29,553 bases of DNA, taken from IMG/VR virus record IMGVR_UViG_2740892031_000002. One strand, written 5' to 3'. The notes under the pieces were generated by a model that was given only the letters and a program-made list of their open reading frames with translations, had not been told where the DNA came from and searched no databases. The DNA is from a virus. Lineage: Duplodnaviria; Heunggongvirae; Uroviricota; Caudoviricetes. Numbering within the stretch: the stretch's first letter is position 1; the number at the start of each line of letters is the position of its first letter. Below, in pieces: positions 9,066 through 17,211 of the stretch. A program made the position numbers and the translations under genes.

Positions 9066-9351
9066 TCAAATCAGGTTTGTGATAAATTACTAGTATTTAT
9101 ATAGACCTCGCTCAGTATGGCATCACACAGAAGTAATGTAAGCGTGGGGGGCGTGGTGTACCATTGATATACGACGGTCGAAAATTTACATAGCCGATTT
9201 CCTGTGATTGGTTTTCGTTATGCACTCTTTTCTGAAGAGATTAACTACTGATAGACTCAGGTTGGATGTCAGAATCGCTATAGATTTCTTGCTATATATG
9301 TATTTTTCAATGAAAATGATCTCTGATTTAAACTGTAGTAAGGTGATTGGT

Positions 9352-9840
9352 ATGGATGGTTTATGGGAAAAAATATCGTCATATAATATATTTAATAATC
9401 TTTTTCCAGGTGCTCTTTTTATTTATCTTCTTGAGAGAATGACGAATATCGTTTTATCTGGCGATGATTTAATAAAAAATGTTGTCCTCTATTATTTTGT
9501 TGGCTTAGTCATTGGCCGGATTGGTTCTATCGTATTGGAACCTTTTTTAAAACTATCGCGTTTGATTAAGTTTGCTCCTTATAAAGATTATGTGTCAGCA
9601 TGTGGTGTGGATGGAAAAATTGAAACTTTGCAAGAGATTGCGAATATGTATAGGACGATATTTTCAATGTCAATTATTCTTTTGGCGACATTGTGCGTTG
9701 TAGGACGGTTTACTGGCGAGACATATGGCTTATCTAAAATAACGTTGGCGGTTTTTGCTATTTTGTTTGTTGTCTCATATATTAAACAAATAAGATACAT
9801 AATATATAGAGTAAATGCTGTTAATAATAAGCTGCCGTAA
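9352..9840 (+). CDS. Hypothetical small multi-pass membrane protein (about 4 predicted TM helices); hotspot cargo
   Basis: Tracked ORF 9208..9840; ATG at 9352 has an AAGGTGA Shine-Dalgarno 5 nt upstream (163 aa). Four hydrophobic stretches (LFPGALFIYLL; VVLYYFVGLVIGRIGSIVL; IFSMSIILLATLCVV; ITLAVFAILFVVSYI). AT-rich; no homolog recognised. Confidence 0.65.
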   Translation: MDGLWEKISSYNIFNNLFPGALFIYLLERMTNIVLSGDDLIKNVVLYYFVGLVIGRIGSIVLEPFLKLSRLIKFAPYKDYVSACGVDGKIETLQEIANMYRTIFSMSIILLATLCVVGRFTGETYGLSKITLAVFAILFVVSYIKQIRYIIYRVNAVNNKLP

Positions 9841-9850
9841 GGCAGCTTTT
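9829..9850. terminator. Bidirectional intrinsic terminator between convergent cargo genes
   Basis: Perfect 8-bp stem aagctgcc / ggcagctt with a gtaa loop that contains the stop codon of the membrane-protein gene, followed by a T-run. Confidence 0.7.
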
Positions 9851-9853
9851 GAA

Positions 9854-10945
9854 TTATTCTTCGGTTCTATAGTTACTAATGTATGATCGTGGAGTGGCTG
9901 TTTTCCATCCTGCCCTTTCAGGAGCATTATAAAAATGGTACTTACCAAGCCCCTCGGTGGCGATAACTTTCGCTCCTCGTCGAGTAAAGGCATTAATTAC
10001 AGCTTGATGGGGATGTTTATCTGAACCTGGGGCACATGATACAAATGCGGTTATCTCCCTTTTTTCGCCTTCATTTACAATGTTACCAACAAGTTTATCG
10101 AGAACATCAGGGCCTACATTTCTCCGGCTACCATGATGAGGTACTTGAATGAATCTTAATGATTCTTTATTAATGTATTGGGAGGCTTGATCTAAGGCTG
10201 TTATACCAGCATCGCCAGTGAACACTAACGTTCTTCCATCAATCTCAAGTTTCAAAATGACACTTGAGTTATTTTGTGCCGAGGTGGTATCTTCATTATC
10301 AATACCTTCATCAGTAAACCATTCAGCAACGTAATCAATAAATTTCTTCGTTTTTTCAACTACAGACTCAAAGACTGCTTTTAGTACTTCAAATCCAGCT
10401 GTATCCTCAGCTTTTTTGGGCATTCTTGCGAAATCAGGTATTAGAGTCTCATAGTAAGATTGGGTTGGCCCGATAACAACCAGAGTAGCATTATCCCAGG
10501 TCATTCCTTGAAAAGGCTCTTTTATTTCAATTCCTTTTTTTTCCGCTAATTTGACAGCGTCATAAGCTTTTTGTAAGTTTTCTTTCATTCGATTTGCAAT
10601 ACTGGCATCAGTTATCCTGCCATCTGCAAACTCACTTGCGAGACCTTGATTATGTTCCCAAGGCTTATGAATCCAAAACTCTTTTACTTCTGCATTTTCT
10701 AGAACAGATGTAAGTCCACCGACGTGGTCACCATCGGGGTGTGTGGAGATAAGCAAGTCAATAGTTTTTGTGCGGTAGTATTTTTCAATATGCTCAATGA
10801 CTTGTTCTCCGGTGCTGGCATATCCTGCATCAATAACGACAACTTTTTGTTCATCTCTTGAACCATGTAGGTTTCCCCATCTGATGCAGATCGCATCGCC
10901 GCTTTTTTTTTCGCCAACAGCTAGAAAATCAATTTCGTAACCCAT
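9854..10945 (-). CDS. Metallo-beta-lactamase-fold hydrolase, ComEC/Rec2-like subtype (putative metal-dependent nuclease); hotspot cargo
   Basis: 363-aa ORF. ComEC-type MBL signatures in order: IDFLAVGEKKSGDAICIRW, KVVVIDAGY, LISTHPDGDHVGG (variant of the HxHxDH motif), LVFTGDAG, QVPHHGS. AT-rich. Confidence 0.8.
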   Translation of the reverse strand: MGYEIDFLAVGEKKSGDAICIRWGNLHGSRDEQKVVVIDAGYASTGEQVIEHIEKYYRTKTIDLLISTHPDGDHVGGLTSVLENAEVKEFWIHKPWEHNQGLASEFADGRITDASIANRMKENLQKAYDAVKLAEKKGIEIKEPFQGMTWDNATLVVIGPTQSYYETLIPDFARMPKKAEDTAGFEVLKAVFESVVEKTKKFIDYVAEWFTDEGIDNEDTTSAQNNSSVILKLEIDGRTLVFTGDAGITALDQASQYINKESLRFIQVPHHGSRRNVGPDVLDKLVGNIVNEGEKREITAFVSCAPGSDKHPHQAVINAFTRRGAKVIATEGLGKYHFYNAPERAGWKTATPRSYISNYRTEE

Positions 10946-11107
10946 TCCATATCCTTATTAAACTGTGAATTAACATGAATCCAAGATGTTAAATCATATG
11001 GATAATAACGCAACTTTTCCGCAGTAAACACTGTGAGCGGATTTAATCTCGTCAGAACTAAAAGCAAGTAGTGTGACGAGGGACAATGAGTCTCTTTGGG
11101 GCGTTGG

Positions 11108-11545
11108 CTATGACACTGACGCAACCAGATTAACGCCGTGAGTCAGCAGATTTGTAATCACACCGGCAATGACCCCAGGAGTCCCATCTTTCACCGCACT
11201 GATCACTTTATCCCCCATCGTTTCATTTCCACCAAGCACCTCGGGTTTTTTGTTAAGAACTGTGAGCGCTTTTTCAGTAAGTCGAACATCGTAAAAATAC
11301 GACTGATGGTCTGTGTTGTACTGAATGTACCCGTTTTCACAGAGAAAATTGAATGTACCTTCAACCACACTACGCAACTGATTTAACGCTTTCATTTCTG
11401 GTGAGTTAAGTTGGTCAAAGTAGTCATCAGGTAGCGCGGCGTTAAATTTGTCGTAGTTAATCACCTGTGGTACGGGAAAATTTTCCCATAGTACTGCAAA
11501 GATTTCCGCCGTTTGTTGGTTAAATAAATCGAGATTTTTCGACAT
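11108..11545 (-). CDS. Hypothetical protein (~145 aa), upstream of and co-directional with the MBL hydrolase
   Basis: Tracked ORF 11108..11647 (179 aa). In-frame ATGs at 11557 and 11545 give 149 or 145 aa; none of the three starts has a convincing Shine-Dalgarno, so the start is uncertain. Hydrophobic, glycine-rich C-terminus (GTPGVIAGVITNLLTHGVNLVASVS). No homolog recognised. Confidence 0.6.
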   Translation of the reverse strand: MSKNLDLFNQQTAEIFAVLWENFPVPQVINYDKFNAALPDDYFDQLNSPEMKALNQLRSVVEGTFNFLCENGYIQYNTDHQSYFYDVRLTEKALTVLNKKPEVLGGNETMGDKVISAVKDGTPGVIAGVITNLLTHGVNLVASVS

Positions 11546-11873
11546 GCAAAATTCCATTTCTTTTGATAATGAGTGGGTTAAACGCTGGACGAGGCAGATT
11601 ACCACTCTGGCACAAAACAATGATCTTAGTTCACGCGAAGTTGACATATATACCGATAAGCTGGTTGCGCAGGCAACTAGCGTAGAACTCGCTCAGGTCA
11701 TCAAGATGCTATTGAATTATATTCGAATGAACAAATAAAATGATCTGTATCAATCTGTTAGGTGTCGTTTGTAAAAATGTGTGGACACGATTGTTCTGCT
11801 AATTGTTGTCAACATGTGCGTCAACAGTGAGATTGGTGCATTGCGCGGCCAGTGACAACTTTAAAAATTGGCC

Positions 11874-11903
11874 AAAACCGGCACTATGAATGCCGGTTTT
11901 TTT
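11874..11903 (+). terminator. Rho-independent terminator (right boundary of the cargo hotspot, before cos)
   Basis: Stem aaaccggca / tgccggttt with 7-nt loop, followed by tttttttgtgttttttt. Confidence 0.75.
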
Positions 11904-12061
11904 GTGTTTTTTTCTGCGATACTCCTATTTTTAGCAGTGCATGCAATATGTGCGTGGTTTTGCATGTGCCTAAGTTGCATGTTCTGGCTGTGCACCGTCA
12001 GGACGGACGCCCCTCAAAAGTGGTAATGCACCTGCATTAAAACCGACCTATGAAGCGGGCG

Positions 12062-12080
12062 GGCGAGGCGGGGAAAGCAC
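12062..12080. other. cos site (19-nt cohesive-end sequence of P2)
   Basis: ggcgaggcggggaaagcac is identical to the P2 cohesive-end sequence as I recall it; lies between the cargo hotspot and Q as in P2. Confidence 0.7.
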
Positions 12081-12212
12081 TGCGCGCTGGCGGTGGTGCT
12101 GATTTTATTTTTTCAGCGTCTCAGCGCGTCGTGATGGCATTTAGTCGGCCTGCTCGGGCGTTGGTGTGTCTGCGGGGTGTTTTGTGCGGTGGTGAGGGCG
12201 TGATGACGGGAT

Positions 12213-12236
12213 GTAAAAAAGCCGCCCGCAGGCGGC
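12213..12236 (-). terminator. Rho-independent terminator downstream of Q
   Basis: On the minus strand: GC stem gccgcc / ggcggc with a 4-nt loop followed by a run of six T, immediately after the Q stop codon. Confidence 0.75.
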
Positions 12237-12241
12237 GATGT

Positions 12242-13276
12242 TCAGCCGTTGTCAGTGTCAAGTGAGTAGTTTTTAAAGCGGATGACCTCCTGACCGAGCC
12301 AGTCGTTTATCTCGCGGATCCTGTCCTGTAACGGGATAAGCTCATTGCGGACAAAGACCTTTGCCACTTTCTCAATATCACCCAGCGACCCGACGTTCTC
12401 CGGCTTGCCACCCATCAACTGAAAGGGGATGCGGTGCGCGTCCAGCAGGTCAGCGGCGCTGGCTTTTTTGATATTAAAAAAATCGTCCTTCGTCGCCACT
12501 TCACTGAGGGGGATAATTTTAATGCCGTCGGCTTTCCCCTGTGGGGCATAGAGAAACAGATTTTTAAAGTTATTGCGGCCTTTCGACTTCACCATGTTTT
12601 CGCGAAGCATTTCGATATCGTTGCGATCCTGCACGGCATCGGTGACGTACATGATGTATCCGGCATGTGCGCCATTTTCGTAATACTTGCGGCGGAACAG
12701 CGTGGCCGACTCATTCAGCCAGGCAGAGTTAAGGGCGCTGAGATATTCCGGCAGGCCGTACAGCTCCTGATTAATATCCGGCTCCAGCAGGTGAAACAAG
12801 GAGCCGGACGCGAAGGCTGTCGGCTCGTTGAAGGACGGCACCCACCAGTAAACATCCTCCTCCACGCCACGGCGGGTATATTTTGCCGGTGAGGTTTCCA
12901 GTCTGATGACCTTACCGGTGGTGCTGTAACGCTTTTCCAGAAACGCATTACCGAACACCAGAAAATCCAGCACAAAGCGGCTGAAATCCTGCTGGGACAG
13001 CCACGGATGCGGGATAAATGTCGAGGCCAGAATATTACGTTTGACGTAAATCGGTGAGCTGTGATGCACGGCAGCACGCAGGCTTTTTGCCAGACCAGTA
13101 AAGCTGACCGGTGGTTCATACCATCTGCCGTTACTGATGCACTCGACGTAATCCAGAATGTCACGGCGGTCGAGTACCGGCACCGGCTCACCAAAGGTGA
13201 ATGCTTCCATTTTCGGGGCGCTGGCGGTCATTTTTTTTGCCGCAGGTTGCTGTGTTTTCCCTTTTTTCTTGCTCAT
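12242..13276 (-). CDS. Q: Portal protein
   Basis: 344-aa ORF, same length and position as P2 gpQ; start overlaps the P stop. Confidence 0.9.
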   Translation of the reverse strand: MSKKKGKTQQPAAKKMTASAPKMEAFTFGEPVPVLDRRDILDYVECISNGRWYEPPVSFTGLAKSLRAAVHHSSPIYVKRNILASTFIPHPWLSQQDFSRFVLDFLVFGNAFLEKRYSTTGKVIRLETSPAKYTRRGVEEDVYWWVPSFNEPTAFASGSLFHLLEPDINQELYGLPEYLSALNSAWLNESATLFRRKYYENGAHAGYIMYVTDAVQDRNDIEMLRENMVKSKGRNNFKNLFLYAPQGKADGIKIIPLSEVATKDDFFNIKKASAADLLDAHRIPFQLMGGKPENVGSLGDIEKVAKVFVRNELIPLQDRIREINDWLGQEVIRFKNYSLDTDNG

Positions 13277-15048
13277 CAGTAAAACTCCAGAATGGTGGAT
13301 GTCAGCGGGGTGCTGATACCGGCGGTGAGTGGCTCATTTAACAGGGCGTGCATGGTCGCCCAGGCGAGGTCGGCGTGGCTGGCTTCCTCGCTGCGGCTGG
13401 CCTCATAGGTGGCGCTGCGTCCGCTGCTGGTCATGGTCTTGCGGATAGCCATAAACGAGCTGGTGATGTCGGTGGCGCTGACGTCATATTCCAGACAGCC
13501 ACGGCGGATAACGTCTTTGGCCTTGAGCACCATTGCGGTTTTCATTTCCGGCGTGTAGCGGATGTCGCGCGCGGCGGGATAGAACGAGCGCACGAGCTGG
13601 AACACGCCGACACCGAGGCCGGTGGCATCAATTCCGATGTATTCGACGTTGTATTTTTCGGTGAGTTTGCGGATGGATTCCGCCTGAGTGGCAAAGTCCA
13701 TGCCTTTCCACTGGTGACGCTCAAGTATTCTGAATTTGCCACCGGCCACCACCGGCGGTGCCAGCACCACGCATCCGGCGCTGTCGCCACGGTGTGACGG
13801 GTCGTAACCAATCCATACAGGGCGGGAGCCGAACGGATTGGCGGCAAACGGCGCATAGTCTTCCCATTCTTCCAGCGTATCGACCATGCAGCGTTGCAGC
13901 TCCTCGAACGGGAACACCGACGCCTTGTCGTCAACAAATTCACACATGAACAGGTTTTTAAAATCGTCGGCGCTGTTTTCGCGTTTAAGCTGCTCAATGT
14001 CGAACAGCGTGCAGCCACCTTTCAGGGCGTCCTCAATGGTGACAATCTGCCGCCACTGGCCGTCCGCACAGAGAAGCCCACCGGCAAGGGCGTTATGACT
14101 GACGTCGATTTCCACACGTTCGGCGGCGCTGGCGCGTCCCCGGTTGAACAGTTCACCCGACCAGAACGGGTAGGCGTCGTGCGCCAGCGTGGATGGGGTG
14201 GAGAAATAGGTCGAACGCAGGTGACTCTGTGAGGCCATACCTGATGCCACCTTACGCAGTACCTGAAAATTCGGGATCCAGAAAATCTCATCGACGTACA
14301 GGTCGCCGTTATGGCTCTGTGCGGTGTTGGAGTTGGTGCCGAGAAAAATCAGTTTTGCGCCGTTATTGCCCAGGACAATCGGGTCACCGGTCAGGTCAAC
14401 GTCAACCAGACGGGCAAAGGCGATGATGTATTCGCGGAACACATACGCCTGCGTTTTACTGGCCGACAGAAAAATCTGGTTATGACCGGTTTTCAGGGCG
14501 CGCAGCAGCGCCTCGCGGGAAAAATAAAACGTTGCGCCAATCTGGCGGGATTTCAGAATATCGCGGATGCGGTGCTCAAGCCCGGCGCGATACCAGTGCA
14601 GCTGATAGTCGAAAGACTGCTTAAAGAAAATCTGCTCCAGCTTTTCGATGGCCTCGTCACTGAAAAAATTCTTTTTCGGTTTGCGACGCCCGCCTTTGTT
14701 GCGGTTAGCGACGTTCGGATTAAGGTCTGCCTCGTTGCCGGTCTGACTGTAGCGGTTTACCCGTGCCAGTCGTTCAATCTGGCGTCCGAGCAGGTCAATT
14801 TCCTTGAAGTCACCGCCGGTTTTCTGCGGTTTGATGATGAGCTGGGTCAGTCGCGCTTCCAGACTCATTTCGACACGGCTGATGGGGGCAACGCTGTCCC
14901 AGCCGTCGCGCTGTTTCCAGCTCTGCACCGTCGGGCGTTTCATCTGCAACATGGCGGCAATCTGCGGCACGGAAAACCCCTGCCAGTACAGCAGCGCCGC
15001 CTGACGACGCGGGTCGTGTAAAAGAGTGGTGTCTGTGGTGATGGTCAT
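13276..15048 (-). CDS. P: Terminase large (ATPase) subunit
   Basis: Tracked ORF 13276..15078; P2 gpP begins MTITTDTTLLHDPRRQAA, which corresponds to ATG at 15048 (590 aa). Confidence 0.9.
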   Translation of the reverse strand: MTITTDTTLLHDPRRQAALLYWQGFSVPQIAAMLQMKRPTVQSWKQRDGWDSVAPISRVEMSLEARLTQLIIKPQKTGGDFKEIDLLGRQIERLARVNRYSQTGNEADLNPNVANRNKGGRRKPKKNFFSDEAIEKLEQIFFKQSFDYQLHWYRAGLEHRIRDILKSRQIGATFYFSREALLRALKTGHNQIFLSASKTQAYVFREYIIAFARLVDVDLTGDPIVLGNNGAKLIFLGTNSNTAQSHNGDLYVDEIFWIPNFQVLRKVASGMASQSHLRSTYFSTPSTLAHDAYPFWSGELFNRGRASAAERVEIDVSHNALAGGLLCADGQWRQIVTIEDALKGGCTLFDIEQLKRENSADDFKNLFMCEFVDDKASVFPFEELQRCMVDTLEEWEDYAPFAANPFGSRPVWIGYDPSHRGDSAGCVVLAPPVVAGGKFRILERHQWKGMDFATQAESIRKLTEKYNVEYIGIDATGLGVGVFQLVRSFYPAARDIRYTPEMKTAMVLKAKDVIRRGCLEYDVSATDITSSFMAIRKTMTSSGRSATYEASRSEEASHADLAWATMHALLNEPLTAGISTPLTSTILEFY

Positions 15049-15221
15049 GAATACCTCGCCGTGATGAATACACGGCAAGGCTACTGAGTCGCGCCCCGCG
15101 ATTCGCTAAGGTGCTGTTGTGTCAGTGATAAGCCATCCGGGACTGATGGCGGAGGATGCGCATCGTCGGGAAACTGATGCCGACATGTGACTCCTCTAAT
15201 CACTATTCAGGACTCCTGACA
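15049..15221. promoter_or_regulatory. Divergent late promoter region between P (leftward) and O (rightward)
   Basis: Intergenic region between divergent late operons, as in P2; no specific Ogr-binding element or -10/-35 boxes could be pinned down by eye. Confidence 0.4.
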
Positions 15222-16076
15222 ATGGCAAAAAAAGTCTCAAAATTCTTTCGTATCGGCGTTGAGGGTGACACCTGTGACGGGCGTGTCATCAGTGCGCAGG
15301 ATATTCAGGAAATGGCCGAAACCTTTGACCCGCGAGTCTATGGTTGCCGCATTAACCTGGAACATCTGCGCGGCATCCTGCCTGACGGTATTTTTAAGCG
15401 TTATGGCGATGTGGTCGAACTGAAGGCCGAAAAGATTGACGATGATTCGGCGCTGAAAGGCAAATGGGCGCTGTTTGCGAAAATCACCCCGACCGATGAC
15501 CTTATCGCGATGAACAAGGCCGCGCAGAAGGTCTACACCTCAATGGAAATTCAGCCGAACTTTGCCAACACCGGCAAATGTTATCTGGTGGGGCTGGCCG
15601 TCACCGATGACCCGGCAAGCCTCGGCACGGAATACCTGGAATTCTGCCGCACGGCAAAACACAACCCTCTGAACCGCTTCAAATTAAGCCCTGAAAACCT
15701 GATTTCAGTGGCAACGCCCGTTGAGCTGGAATTTGAAGACCTGCCTGAAACCGTGTTCACCGCCCTGACCGAAAAGGTGAAATCCATTTTTGGCCGCAAA
15801 CAGGCCAGCGATGACGCCCGTCTGAATGACGTGCATGAAGCGGTGACCGCTGTTGCTGAACATGTGCAGGAAAAACTGAGCGCCACTGAGCAGCGCCTCG
15901 CTGAGATGGAAACCGCCTTTTCCGCACTTAAGCAGGCGGTGACTGACAGGGCGGATGAAACCAGCCAGGCATTCACCCGCCTGAAAAACAGTCTCGACCA
16001 CACCGAAAGTCTGACCCAGCAGCGCCGCAGCAAGGCCACCGGTGGTGGCGGTGACGGCCTGATGACGAACTGCTGA
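15222..16076 (+). CDS. O: Capsid scaffolding protein
   Basis: Tracked ORF 15156..16076; P2 gpO begins MAKKVSKFFRIGVEGDT, which corresponds to ATG at 15222 (284 aa). Confidence 0.9.
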   Translation: MAKKVSKFFRIGVEGDTCDGRVISAQDIQEMAETFDPRVYGCRINLEHLRGILPDGIFKRYGDVVELKAEKIDDDSALKGKWALFAKITPTDDLIAMNKAAQKVYTSMEIQPNFANTGKCYLVGLAVTDDPASLGTEYLEFCRTAKHNPLNRFKLSPENLISVATPVELEFEDLPETVFTALTEKVKSIFGRKQASDDARLNDVHEAVTAVAEHVQEKLSATEQRLAEMETAFSALKQAVTDRADETSQAFTRLKNSLDHTESLTQQRRSKATGGGGDGLMTNC

Positions 16077-16134
16077 CCGGCGTCAGTCAGTCCGGGAAAA
16101 CCTTCACGATTAACCCTTAATTTCAGGAAAAACT

Positions 16135-17208
16135 ATGCGCCAGGAAACCCGCTTTAAATTTAATGCTTACCTGTCCCGTGTTGCCGAACTGAACGGCATT
16201 GATGCCGGTGATGTGTCGAAAAAATTCACTGTTGAACCGTCGGTCACCCAGACCCTGATGAACACCATGCAGGAGTCCTCTGACTTTCTGACCCGCATCA
16301 ACATTGTGCCGGTCAGCGAAATGAAAGGGGAAAAAATTGGTATTGGTGTCACCGGCTCCATCGCCAGCACCACCGACACCGCCGGTGGCACCGAGCGTCA
16401 GCCGAAGGACTTCTCGAGGCTGGCGTCAAACAAGTACGAATGCGACCAGATTAACTTCGATTTTTATATCCGCTACAAAACGCTGGACCTGTGGGCGCGT
16501 TATCAGGATTTCCAGCTCCGTATCCGTAACGCCATTATCAAACGCCAGTCCCTTGATTTCATCATGGCCGGTTTTAACGGCGTGAAGCGTGCCGAAACCT
16601 CTGACCGCAGCAGCAATCCGATGCTGCAGGATGTGGCGGTCGGCTGGCTGCAGAAATACCGCAATGAAGCCCCGGCTCGCGTGATGAGCAAGGTCACTGG
16701 CGAGGAAGGCAGCACCACCTCTGAGGTCATCCGCGTGGGTAAGGGCGGTGATTATGCCAGCCTCGATGCACTGGTGATGGATGCGACCAACAACCTGATT
16801 GAGCCGTGGTATCAGGAAGACCCTGACCTTGTGGTGATTGTGGGGCGTCAGCTACTGGCGGACAAGTATTTCCCCATCGTCAACAGGGAGCAGGATAACA
16901 GCGAAATGCTGGCTGCTGACGTCATCATCAGCCAGAAACGCATCGGTAACCTGCCAGCGGTACGCGTCCCGTACTTCCCGGCGGATGCGATGCTCATCAC
17001 GAAGCTGGAAAACCTGTCTATCTACTACATGGATGACAGCCATCGCCGCGTGATTGTGGAAAACCCGAAACTCGACCGCGTGGAGAACTACGAGTCAATG
17101 AACATTGATTACGTGGTGGAAGACTACGCCGCCGGTTGTCTGGTGGAAAAAATCAAGGTCGGTGATTTCTCCACACCGGCTAAGGCGACCGCAGAGCCGG
17201 GAGCGTAA
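16135..17208 (+). CDS. N: Major capsid protein
   Basis: 357-aa ORF matching P2 gpN in length, position and sequence as recalled. Confidence 0.92.
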   Translation: MRQETRFKFNAYLSRVAELNGIDAGDVSKKFTVEPSVTQTLMNTMQESSDFLTRINIVPVSEMKGEKIGIGVTGSIASTTDTAGGTERQPKDFSRLASNKYECDQINFDFYIRYKTLDLWARYQDFQLRIRNAIIKRQSLDFIMAGFNGVKRAETSDRSSNPMLQDVAVGWLQKYRNEAPARVMSKVTGEEGSTTSEVIRVGKGGDYASLDALVMDATNNLIEPWYQEDPDLVVIVGRQLLADKYFPIVNREQDNSEMLAADVIISQKRIGNLPAVRVPYFPADAMLITKLENLSIYYMDDSHRRVIVENPKLDRVENYESMNIDYVVEDYAAGCLVEKIKVGDFSTPAKATAEPGA

Positions 17209-17211
17209 CCG

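Noticed and set aside
9588-9993. Two minus-strand ORFs (70 and 72 aa) overlapping the 4-TM gene and the terminator
   Set aside because: Overlap a better-supported gene and cross the bidirectional terminator hairpin.
10699-11386. Small ORFs overlapping the MBL hydrolase and 145-aa genes (10699..10917 -, 10921..11124 -, 11138..11386 +)
   Set aside because: Alternative frames or antisense of the larger, motif-supported ORFs; 10921..11124 sits in the intergenic gap with no ribosome-binding site.
11852-12265. Plus-strand ORFs 11852..12040 and 12050..12265 across the cos region
   Set aside because: They run through the intrinsic terminator, the cos cohesive-end sequence and the Q terminator; the arginine/glycine-rich translation reflects GC-rich non-coding DNA.
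12434-15073. Numerous antisense or alternative-frame ORFs within Q and P (up to 236 aa)
   Set aside because: Lie within the GC-rich portal and terminase genes, whose frames match P2 proteins end to end; long antisense ORFs are expected in GC-rich coding DNA.
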